This document shows, in pieces, positions 9,045-16,803 of a stretch of DNA of 32,014 nucleotides. Origin of the DNA: Flavobacteriaceae bacterium (lineage in GTDB: Bacteria; Bacteroidota; Bacteroidia; Flavobacteriales; Flavobacteriaceae); the NCBI GenBank assembly GCA_020347545.1, contig CP070731.1:1238967-1270980 (forward strand), given 5' to 3'. Under the pieces are notes generated by a model, which did no database searches, was not told the origin of the DNA, and saw only the letters and a list, made by a program, of their open reading frames with translations. The translations under genes were made by a program, and so were the position numbers. Within the stretch, counting starts at the first letter, position 1. Each line of letters starts with the position of its first letter.

Positions 9045-10153
9045 CAGGTATTTCCAACAGCTTCAAATATTTTCCCAGGATGACTGATGACAATGCCTTT
9101 CAACTCCATTTTCAGCAATTCAGCCAATATTGTTTTTATTTCCAATCCGCTTTTCATGGAAAGATCTTCTGCATGCATTTTTTCTGACTTAAGTAAAATT
9201 GAATAGATCTGTTTTTCATCCTTATCCATTGAATCCAGTTGCTCAAGGTTGAAGGTTTTCAATTGATCATTTTCGGGTTCCCAGCCTAATTGCAAAGCGA
9301 GATCTTCCGCATTATTGAGTAAAGCAGCCTTATTTTCCATGATGAGCTTGTTACAACCCACACTTTGAATGTCATGAGGCCTGCCGGGTATGGCAAACAC
9401 CTCCCTATCGTAAGAAAATGCCAGATCGGCTGTTATCAAAGAGCCTCCTTTTTCAGCAGATTCAATGACAAGAGTGGCCTCAGATAATCCTGCAATAATC
9501 CGGTTTCTTTTTATGAAATTCGCCTTTTCAGGCTTATTTCCAGAAGTAAATTCTGTGTACAAATCTCCCCTTTCCAGCATCTCTAATGCGGTTTCAAAAT
9601 GAGGTTTCGGATAAAACCTGTCAAAGCCATGCGCCATGATTCCTATGGTAGAGAGCTTGTTTTTCAGGGCTTCCCTATGGGCACAAATGTCAACCCCGTA
9701 GGCAAGACCACTGACAATAACCGGATCGTATTTTTTTAGGTCTTGCATGAGCTTTGTCAAAAAATGCTTTCCTGAACGCGTCATGTTCCTTGTTCCTACG
9801 ATACTAAGAACCTTTCTTTGATTCATCGTTAATTGATTTTTTTTAAACAGCAAAAATGGCGCGTCGTGACAGTTCTTAAGCCTACTTGGATATGCTTCAT
9901 CCGTATATCTGACCGCGATTATTTTATGCGTCTCCATGTACTTGAGTTCCTTTTCCGCCTTTCTCAAATTATGAGGATTCTTTAGGTCGTCTATTAACTT
10001 TTTACTCAGCCCTATTTGAAGAAGGTCTTTGTTTGCAGAGGTGCAAACTTCTTTTGAAGATTCAAAGTAGCCGAGAAGCTTACGGGTGTTTACCGGACCA
10101 ATGCCTTTGGTATAACTCAGAGCCAAATCATAGAATAAAGTTTCATTATACAT
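9041..10153 (-). CDS. dprA: DNA-processing protein DprA/Smf
   Basis: GIGP (SAM-like), YPSRL...DAP, SIVGTR, IVSGLAYGVD, F..RNRIIAGLS, VIESAEKGGSLITA..A..YDREVFAIPG, C-terminal winged helix. Confidence 0.97.
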   Translation of the reverse strand: MYNETLFYDLALSYTKGIGPVNTRKLLGYFESSKEVCTSANKDLLQIGLSKKLIDDLKNPHNLRKAEKELKYMETHKIIAVRYTDEAYPSRLKNCHDAPFLLFKKNQLTMNQRKVLSIVGTRNMTRSGKHFLTKLMQDLKKYDPVIVSGLAYGVDICAHREALKNKLSTIGIMAHGFDRFYPKPHFETALEMLERGDLYTEFTSGNKPEKANFIKRNRIIAGLSEATLVIESAEKGGSLITADLAFSYDREVFAIPGRPHDIQSVGCNKLIMENKAALLNNAEDLALQLGWEPENDQLKTFNLEQLDSMDKDEKQIYSILLKSEKMHAEDLSMKSGLEIKTILAELLKMELKGIVISHPGKIFEAVGNTC

Positions 10154-10233
10154 TGTAAAATATTGATTTTCAATTGTGCATGTTTTTGTTAATAAAAATG
10201 ACTCGCCATTGGTAAACCCTAATTGTTTTTTTT

Positions 10234-10241
10234 TAGTTTTG
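10234..10241 (+). promoter_or_regulatory. -7 box for the HU/SPOR gene
   Basis: TAGTTTTG exact TAnnTTTG, 26 nt before the TTG start; TTG at 10209-10211 is a possible -33 element. Confidence 0.55.
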
Positions 10242-10267
10242 TTTAAGTCAAATCAAACTCCCTATCA

Positions 10268-11191
10268 TTGAATTTAGCGAATTACATCAGTGATTTATTA
10301 TACCGGTATGAATGTGTAATTGTACCCAAATTTGGAGGTTTTATTACCAATAATAAATCTGCCCGAATCGATACTTCAAACAATACTATACACCCTCCTT
10401 ACAAGCAAATTACCTTTAATTCGCATCTGACAAATAATGACGGACTGCTTGCCAATTACATTGCTTCTGTTGACAATATTTCCTATGAGTGCGCTGTAAA
10501 CTATATTAAGTTTGAGATTGACGCCTGGAGAGAAAAGTTGAAAGACCAGGAATTGATATTGAATGGTTTAGGTTCCTTTACAGTATCAGGCGGGAAGCTG
10601 CATTTTGAACCACAGCAAACCATTAATTATCTCACTTCATCTTTTGGCTTATCTAATGTTGTAGGTACTGAAATTATGAGAGAAGCCGCAAAAAAGGCAT
10701 CCTCCTCTCCTTCTCCGGCTCCAAAGGTTATCCCAATAACAGAAAAAAAGGCCCCGAATTACCTAAAATATGCGGCTGTTTTTGTACTTGGCTTATCAGC
10801 TATTGGTTTTGCGGGAAAGTATTATCAGAATCATCTTTATGAAAAACAGCTGGTTGAGGCTCAGAAAAAGCAACATTTGATTGAAGAGAAAATAGAGAAT
10901 GCCACTTTTGTTATCTCCAAGCCTTTGCCTGCATTAAACCTTGAAGTTGAAAGCAGACAAAAAAGTTTTCACGTTATAGCAGGAGCTTTCAGGTTTCCTG
11001 AAAATGCAGAGAGAAAAGTAAATCAACTGCTTGCAGAAGGTTATGACGCTCGCATTCTCGGTGTGAATAAATGGAATTTGACCGTGGTGTCTTACGGAAG
11101 TTACATGACTCGTGATGAAGCACTTGATAACTTATCTGAAATCAGAGAAAATGTTGCAAAAGATTCCTGGTTACTGATTCAGGATTTCTAA
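10268..11191 (+). CDS. HU-like (HU-CCDC81-type) domain + TM helix + SPOR domain protein
   Basis: N-terminal YISDLLYRYECVIVPKFGGF...PP.KQITFN..L.NNDGLLANYIA and LNGLGSF; TM segment YAAVFVLGLSAIGFAG; C-terminal FHVIAGAFR..ENAER...V.YGSY...AKDSWLL (SPOR). Confidence 0.88.
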   Translation: MNLANYISDLLYRYECVIVPKFGGFITNNKSARIDTSNNTIHPPYKQITFNSHLTNNDGLLANYIASVDNISYECAVNYIKFEIDAWREKLKDQELILNGLGSFTVSGGKLHFEPQQTINYLTSSFGLSNVVGTEIMREAAKKASSSPSPAPKVIPITEKKAPNYLKYAAVFVLGLSAIGFAGKYYQNHLYEKQLVEAQKKQHLIEEKIENATFVISKPLPALNLEVESRQKSFHVIAGAFRFPENAERKVNQLLAEGYDARILGVNKWNLTVVSYGSYMTRDEALDNLSEIRENVAKDSWLLIQDF

Positions 11192-11244
11192 GAGTTGCTT
11201 GGGTTCAGTCCTTGTCCTTTTTAATTTTATAACCCCTTTTTAAC

Positions 11245-11754
11245 ATGCAAAGCAAAAGCCCCAATGATTCTCTAACTGTAATGACAGATCTTGTTTTACC
11301 GGGAGAAACCAATCCATTAGACAATCTTTTCGGAGGTGAGCTTCTTGCCCGTATGGATCGTGCCTCCAGTATTGCAGCTCGAAGGCATTGCAATAGAATT
11401 ACAGTTACGGCTTCAGTAAACCATGTTGTTTTTTCGAAAGCTGTACCGGTTGGAAGCGTTTTGACGATCGAAGCAAAAGTTTCAAGAGCCTTTAATTCTT
11501 CTATGGAAATTTTTGTGGATGTGTGGATGGAAGATCGAGAATCGGGTGAAAGAACAAAGGTCAACGAAGGTATTTATACTTTTGTTGCAGTGGACAGGAC
11601 AGGATCACCAGTTAAAGTACCGGAAATCATACCGCAATCAAAACTTGAAAAAGAAAGATTTGACGGGGCCTTGAGAAGGAAACAACTAAGTCTGGTGCTT
11701 TCAAAAAAAATGGATCCGAAAGACGCAACAGAATTAAAGGCGCTTTTTTTCTAG
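11245..11754 (+). CDS. Acyl-CoA thioesterase (YciA-like hotdog fold)
   Basis: VLPGETNPLDNLFGGELLARMD, VTASV, F..AVPVG, SSMEIFVDV, YTFVAVD. Confidence 0.93.
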   Translation: MQSKSPNDSLTVMTDLVLPGETNPLDNLFGGELLARMDRASSIAARRHCNRITVTASVNHVVFSKAVPVGSVLTIEAKVSRAFNSSMEIFVDVWMEDRESGERTKVNEGIYTFVAVDRTGSPVKVPEIIPQSKLEKERFDGALRRKQLSLVLSKKMDPKDATELKALFF

Positions 11755-11853
11755 TTTAGTCAATGGAGATCGGACTATGCACTATGGTCTTATAATTAGG
11801 TCCTGCACTTAGGCCCATACCTGCCAGTACTGGTTAAGCTTAGTGCTTAATCC

Positions 11854-12705
11854 TTAAGCATATTTATTCAATACGCTTTTAATTCCACCGAGATAGGAGG
11901 AGCCAAATAAATTCAGATGAACGAGGTTCGGATACAAATTATGAATTTGAATTCTTTCTTCCCAACCTTTTTCCAATGTAAAGTGCTCTTGATATACCGC
12001 GAGGAAAGACCTGTCAAAACCGCCAAACATCTGAGTCATTGCCAGATCAATTTCATGATGTCCGTAATATACAGCAGGGTCTATGTAAACGGGAACTTGC
12101 CCTTTTGTGCACATTAGATTTCCTGACCACAAATCGCCATGCAATAAGGAAGGTTGTACCTCGGGAACCAGCATCGGAAAATTGTTACAGAATCCTTCAA
12201 ATAATCTCAGGTCACTTCTATTCAATAATCCCCTGTCATAAGCCATTTTGACCTGAGGATTCAATCGCATCCGAGTAAAAAAGACCTCCCAGGAATCACA
12301 GGGATCATTTTGCTGTGTCAATGAACCGATATAGTTATCTTCATTAAGCCCAAAATAATCAGAGGAGCGTTTATGCAGAGTGGACAAAGAAATTGCAAAA
12401 TGATGCCAGAACTTGTCGGAAGGCCTTTCGGAAACCAAGTATTCCAGAATTAGAAACTGATTCTCTCCTTCAACGTAATGATCTATTACTTTTGGAGTCT
12501 TCACATGAGTCCCTGACAGAAGCTCAAGTCCCCTGGCCTCCTTTGCGAACATCTCCGGGAACCTGTTGCTTTTATTGATTTTAACGATAATAGTTGATTC
12601 CGTTCCTTCTAACCAATAGACCTTGTTAATGTCCCCTCCGGCAACGGGTTTGATTGAATTGAATTCAGTTTTCAGTCTGTTTTCTATACTTCTTTTAAAA
12701 AACAT
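11854..12705 (-). CDS. Fructosamine/ketosamine kinase family protein
   Basis: GGDIN, EARGLELL, DNYIG, PSLLHGDLWSGN, IDPAVYYGHHEIDLAM..FGGF, LYP.LVHLNLFG. Confidence 0.93.
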   Translation of the reverse strand: MFFKRSIENRLKTEFNSIKPVAGGDINKVYWLEGTESTIIVKINKSNRFPEMFAKEARGLELLSGTHVKTPKVIDHYVEGENQFLILEYLVSERPSDKFWHHFAISLSTLHKRSSDYFGLNEDNYIGSLTQQNDPCDSWEVFFTRMRLNPQVKMAYDRGLLNRSDLRLFEGFCNNFPMLVPEVQPSLLHGDLWSGNLMCTKGQVPVYIDPAVYYGHHEIDLAMTQMFGGFDRSFLAVYQEHFTLEKGWEERIQIHNLYPNLVHLNLFGSSYLGGIKSVLNKYA

Positions 12706-12719
12706 GTTCGAAAGCGGTT

Positions 12720-13988
12720 CTAGTTTTTATAGACCCATTCCTCAGGATTCTGCCTATGGATTTCTTTGAACAGTACAAAAGCCAGAATCGTTTTACCCGT
12801 TGTTGAATCGGTGTGAATCTTGCCGATTTCCTGTTTTGTCGTCACAAGATCTCCCTTTTTAACCGTAACGTTGTCAAGGTTCTTATAAACAGAAATATAA
12901 TTTCCATGCTGAACCAAAACTGCCTTCTTTTTACCTGGAAGTACCTGAATAGCCAGGACTTTGCCATCAAATATAACTCTGGCATTCGCATTTTTTTCCG
13001 TGGCATAGAACACCCCATTGCTTTCTATTGTTATTCCTTTTAAAGTAGGGTGTGACTGCTTTCCATAGCGTCTCACAATAACTCCCCTTTTGACGGGTGA
13101 AGGAAGCTTTCCTTTGTTCGAGATAAAATCCTTTTCCAGGGCTACGGCCTCAGGAGTCAAGGCAAAACCTGAACTTTTAAGGTTTGATTCTTTTTTAGAT
13201 TCAGCAATAGCTTCAGCAATCAGAGCCTCTATCCTGGCCTCTATCATTTTTTCCTGCTTCTGCTTTTGATTGATTTGAGCAATGTATTTTTTCTCTTTCT
13301 TTTTAACAGATCTCACCAGACCTTCCTGAGCAGATTTTTCTTTGCTGATACTGTCTTTTTCCTTTTGATTCAATGCCAAAAGTTCTTCCTTTTCATTTCT
13401 GCGTTCGACCAAATAATCGTTCAGATTCTGAAGTTTTATTGTTTCTGCCAGAATCTCTTCCCCTTGACGCTCTCTGTAAGAAGCATACTGTTTAATATAT
13501 TCAAGTCTTTTATACGCCTGTAGAAAACTTTCAGAAGACAAAAGGAACATCAACCTACTGTTCTTTGTTTTACTCTTATACGATTGTACTACCATGTTCG
13601 CATAATCCTTTTTAAGCGATTCCAGCCTTTCTTCGAGCATAGACACCTGTCTCTCATTTTCCTTGATCTCAAGGTTCAATTGATCCGTTTCTTCACTAAT
13701 GGTATTGATCAGCTTCGTCCTTACCCCGATTCTTTGAACAAGATCGGATAAATCCGATAGTAAAGTCTTCTCTTTTTTTTGGGATTTGAATAACAGCGTA
13801 TTTATTTCTTTGATCTCCTTCTGAAGCTGTAGACGTTGTTTTTCAAGATCCTCCCGGTTCTGTGAGACAGCCGTAAGCGGTAAAAATAAAAACAACAGGA
13901 ATAGTGCAAAATTGAAGCGAAAAAACCCTTGGTTTTGGGCATGTTCTCCATTTCTATTTTCCTTTATGTTAACCCTTTCTATGATCAT
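12720..13988 (-). CDS. envC: EnvC-family murein hydrolase activator (coiled coil + degenerate M23 domain)
   Basis: Signal peptide, long heptad coiled coil, KGKLPSPV..G, VQHGNY.SVY.NL...V.KGD.V. The Zn ligands are absent (SNGVF for HxxxD, ILAF for HxH). Confidence 0.85.
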   Translation of the reverse strand: MIIERVNIKENRNGEHAQNQGFFRFNFALFLLFLFLPLTAVSQNREDLEKQRLQLQKEIKEINTLLFKSQKKEKTLLSDLSDLVQRIGVRTKLINTISEETDQLNLEIKENERQVSMLEERLESLKKDYANMVVQSYKSKTKNSRLMFLLSSESFLQAYKRLEYIKQYASYRERQGEEILAETIKLQNLNDYLVERRNEKEELLALNQKEKDSISKEKSAQEGLVRSVKKKEKKYIAQINQKQKQEKMIEARIEALIAEAIAESKKESNLKSSGFALTPEAVALEKDFISNKGKLPSPVKRGVIVRRYGKQSHPTLKGITIESNGVFYATEKNANARVIFDGKVLAIQVLPGKKKAVLVQHGNYISVYKNLDNVTVKKGDLVTTKQEIGKIHTDSTTGKTILAFVLFKEIHRQNPEEWVYKN

Positions 13989-14752
13989 TCAAGTTCAATA
14001 TTTCTATATCCGTCCGGAATTTTAAAGGGGAATTTTAAAGGAACATCAAACTGCACACTTTTATAGCTAACATCTATAACCGTTGCTGAACTACCCGTCT
14101 TCGCAGTGATTAGGAATCCTTTGGGAAACAAAGATTCACTTATTTTACGAAAATCCTTGTATAATATTGTTAAATTTTGATTTTTCCCGCGATAGTTGAT
14201 TTCCTCCTTCACAATTTTAAAATCCTCGGGTTCTATCCCGTAGGTAATGTCAAAAATAGGATTTCTTTTTTTTTGAACCAATTCATATCTGCCCTCTTTT
14301 ATATTGACCTGAAATTTTCTGGATTCAAGGTCAATTAGTGCTTCACCTAAAAACAGGTTCTGAACCTTAGTAAAATCAAAATCAGTCCCTAGCCAGGAAC
14401 TAATCAGTTTAAAATCACCTTCAAACGAAGTTTTGCCTACTTTTTCGTAGAATTTCACCTCTCTTGGAGTGATTAGAAGCTTTGCTATCGGAAATCCCAA
14501 TTTGGAAAAGTTCAGCCATATTATGGAGTCTTTCACCATTCGCAATGAGGCATTAATATTGGGTAATTCATCTTTCCCTCTATATTTTACCTGCATGTTT
14601 GCTTTTATGGAAGATTTAGTGAAACGAGCCTTGCCGTTATTCTTTATAATCGTTTTGACCGGAACATAGTCAACACTTTTATCTGAAACCTTTGCTGACT
14701 TACAAGAGGTGAAAATGGCAACAAAAGCAAGAATCGTAACTATTTTCTTCAT
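13985..14752 (-). CDS. DUF4292-family lipoprotein (possible LolB-like fold)
   Basis: Lipobox FTS|C; LRMVKDSIIW, KLLITP, GTDFDF.KVQNLFLG, C-terminal FPFKIPDGY; position between TPR and envC genes. Confidence 0.8.
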   Translation of the reverse strand: MKKIVTILAFVAIFTSCKSAKVSDKSVDYVPVKTIIKNNGKARFTKSSIKANMQVKYRGKDELPNINASLRMVKDSIIWLNFSKLGFPIAKLLITPREVKFYEKVGKTSFEGDFKLISSWLGTDFDFTKVQNLFLGEALIDLESRKFQVNIKEGRYELVQKKRNPIFDITYGIEPEDFKIVKEEINYRGKNQNLTILYKDFRKISESLFPKGFLITAKTGSSATVIDVSYKSVQFDVPLKFPFKIPDGYRNIELE

Positions 14753-14759
14753 TTGTGTT

Positions 14760-15737
14760 TTATTTCGACTTTAGAGCATCCGCTTTATTGTAGAATTCTG
14801 CAGCTTTTTTGTTATTTCCCATGGCCTTGTGAGCAAGCCCCAATTCCTGGTAAAATGAGGATTTCAGGTCACCATCCTCAATGATATACTCTATCCCCTC
14901 CTCCAAAATCAATGTTGCTTGTTGATATTTTCTTAAACTGTTTAAGGCCTTGCCATTCATCAGGTAAAGATAGGGTTGAGAAGGGTAGAGAGAAAGCCCC
15001 TCTTCACTGTGATCCAATAAGTCCAGATATCTTTTACTTTTCCATTCTTCTTCCAACAAAACTTTCAAGCTATTATAGTCCTTTTTCAAATCGTACTCTT
15101 CCTTAATCAAATCTACCTTGTTCTTTGGAATTTCCTCATATATTTTCTCGGATAACTCTTCCGAGTCTTTATTTCCTTCCTGAAGCAGTGAGTCCTTCAA
15201 AGCCATAAGACCTTCAGGCAATTTGTTGTTTTCATCCAATTTCTTCAATAGGATTGTTGCATTTTCAATGTCTCCAGATTTGATATAGAGAATGACCAGA
15301 TCAGCCTCCTCATCAGGATTTCTCTTCACAATTTTCTGTTGGACTATTATGGCACCAGAATAATCGTTCTGCTTGGTTTTAATCTCCTTTAGATGCCTCA
15401 GCATATGAATGTTTTCAGGTTCTATTTCCAGTCCTTTTAAAATAAAATATTCCGCTTCGGTATACTTGACCAGAAAATAATAATTTTTTGAAAGTTCAAA
15501 CAAGACCGCAACATTTTCCTTTTCAATGTCCTTGCATGCCTCGAGGGCATATACTGCTTTGTCATAATTACCAATTGCTTTTTGCTGAAGTGCTTCAAAG
15601 AAAAAGGTTTGAAAATTAATCTGCTGTTGTTCGACCAGCATTTCTTCGTTCGACACCACATCCACCTGTCCCACGGCAGTATAAGAACAGAATATTGTTC
15701 CAATCAACAGGCTTATATAGAAACGGGTTTTCAGCAT
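14760..15737 (-). CDS. Exported tetratricopeptide-repeat protein
   Basis: Signal peptide ending VG|Q; TPR-like helices (FFEALQQKAIGNYDKA, YLMNGKALNSLRKYQQA, YQELGLAHKAMGNNKKA). Confidence 0.88.
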   Translation of the reverse strand: MLKTRFYISLLIGTIFCSYTAVGQVDVVSNEEMLVEQQQINFQTFFFEALQQKAIGNYDKAVYALEACKDIEKENVAVLFELSKNYYFLVKYTEAEYFILKGLEIEPENIHMLRHLKEIKTKQNDYSGAIIVQQKIVKRNPDEEADLVILYIKSGDIENATILLKKLDENNKLPEGLMALKDSLLQEGNKDSEELSEKIYEEIPKNKVDLIKEEYDLKKDYNSLKVLLEEEWKSKRYLDLLDHSEEGLSLYPSQPYLYLMNGKALNSLRKYQQATLILEEGIEYIIEDGDLKSSFYQELGLAHKAMGNNKKAAEFYNKADALKSK

Positions 15738-15740
15738 AGG

Positions 15741-16748
15741 CTATTTTAAACTTGTATAATCTCCAAGGCTAACAGATTTAAATTTTCCATCAAAATAAAC
15801 ATGATTGCCTATCATGGCTTCCTTAAGTTTTGCGTTCTTGATGGTGGTATTGGTTTGGATCAATGAGTTTACAATATGGGAATTTTCTACGACACTATCG
15901 TCCCCTAATGAAACATTTGGGCCAATTGTTGCATCTTTTAAAACAACATTCTCTCCTATATAACAAGGTTTTATAATTCTTGAATTCGATAATTTAGCGC
16001 TTTTTGATATTAAGTCTTCCTGATCATTTTGAGCGAATTCCAATATTTTTGCGTTGGTTTCAACAGTGATATCCTTGTTGCCACAATCCATCCATTCATT
16101 CACCTGACCAGGAACAAATTTAGCCCCTTTTCGTTTCATAAATTCCAAAGCATTCGTAAGCTGGAACTCACCTTTATCTTTAATATTGTTATCCAGGATA
16201 TATTCTATTTCTTTGCGGAGGGCCTCACCATTCTTTATATAGTAGATTCCTATTATCGCCAAATCAGAAATGAATTCATCCGGTTTCTCCACAAAATCCG
16301 TGATAAAGCCGTTGTTTAATTTCACCACCCCGTAGGTACTGGGTTCTTCAACCTTTTTCACCCAAATGGCACCATCAATTCCATCTTTAAGTGTAAAATC
16401 TGCTTTAAACAAAGTATCGGCAAAAGCAATTACACATGGTCCTTTCAAAGAATCCTTTGCACAATAAATGGCATGAGCCGTTCCTAAAGCCTCATCCTGA
16501 ACAAAAACTTTTCCAGCTGCATTGAGAGAGCTCGCTATTTTCATTAGCTTTTCCTCAGTATCCGAGGGAAAGGTTGGCCCAATAATAAATGCGATCTCAT
16601 CTACTTTTTGATCCACTACTTTTACAATATCTTCGACCAGTCTTTGCACAATTGACTTTCCGGCTATTAACGTAAGAGGTTTGGGAATCGTAAGGGTATG
16701 GGGCCTCAGCCTTGATCCTATGCCGGCCATAGGTATTATAATTTTCAT
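15741..16748 (-). CDS. Sugar-phosphate nucleotidyltransferase with C-terminal left-handed beta-helix
   Basis: IIPMAGIGSRLRPHT...PKPL, Q..ALGTAHA, FVEKP, GEFQLT, WMDCG, hexapeptide repeats (IGENVV, IGPNVS). Confidence 0.9.
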   Translation of the reverse strand: MKIIIPMAGIGSRLRPHTLTIPKPLTLIAGKSIVQRLVEDIVKVVDQKVDEIAFIIGPTFPSDTEEKLMKIASSLNAAGKVFVQDEALGTAHAIYCAKDSLKGPCVIAFADTLFKADFTLKDGIDGAIWVKKVEEPSTYGVVKLNNGFITDFVEKPDEFISDLAIIGIYYIKNGEALRKEIEYILDNNIKDKGEFQLTNALEFMKRKGAKFVPGQVNEWMDCGNKDITVETNAKILEFAQNDQEDLISKSAKLSNSRIIKPCYIGENVVLKDATIGPNVSLGDDSVVENSHIVNSLIQTNTTIKNAKLKEAMIGNHVYFDGKFKSVSLGDYTSLK

Positions 16749-16777
16749 CTTAAAAATGTTTTCCCTTTTTAAACGAC

Positions 16778-16785
16778 CAAATATA
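16778..16785 (-). promoter_or_regulatory. -7 box for the nucleotidyltransferase-TPR-DUF4292-envC operon
   Basis: Minus strand TATATTTG exact TAnnTTTG, 29 nt upstream of ATG 16748. Confidence 0.6.
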
Positions 16786-16803
16786 CATAAAATTGCCGGA
16801 GGC

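Noticed and set aside
11205-11564. 119-aa minus-strand ORF
   Set aside because: Antisense shadow of the well-supported acyl-CoA thioesterase; no motifs
11833-11839. GTTAAGC / GCTTAAC resembling an integron attC core site
   Set aside because: No partner core site at a suitable distance, no cassette array and no integrase
12720-13130. EnvC-like protein as an active peptidase, or its lost Zn ligands as a novelty
   Set aside because: A degenerate M23 site is the normal state of EnvC-family activators
14266-14274. A9 run in the DUF4292 gene as another phase-variable tract
   Set aside because: Gene is in frame (QKKR) and lysine-codon runs are expected in this composition; it serves only as a control that a 9-mer can be assembled without a frameshift
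14760-15737. TPR protein as an NlpI/LbcA-like adaptor for Prc
   Set aside because: About 8 kb away in a different operon with no lipobox; nothing in the sequence links them
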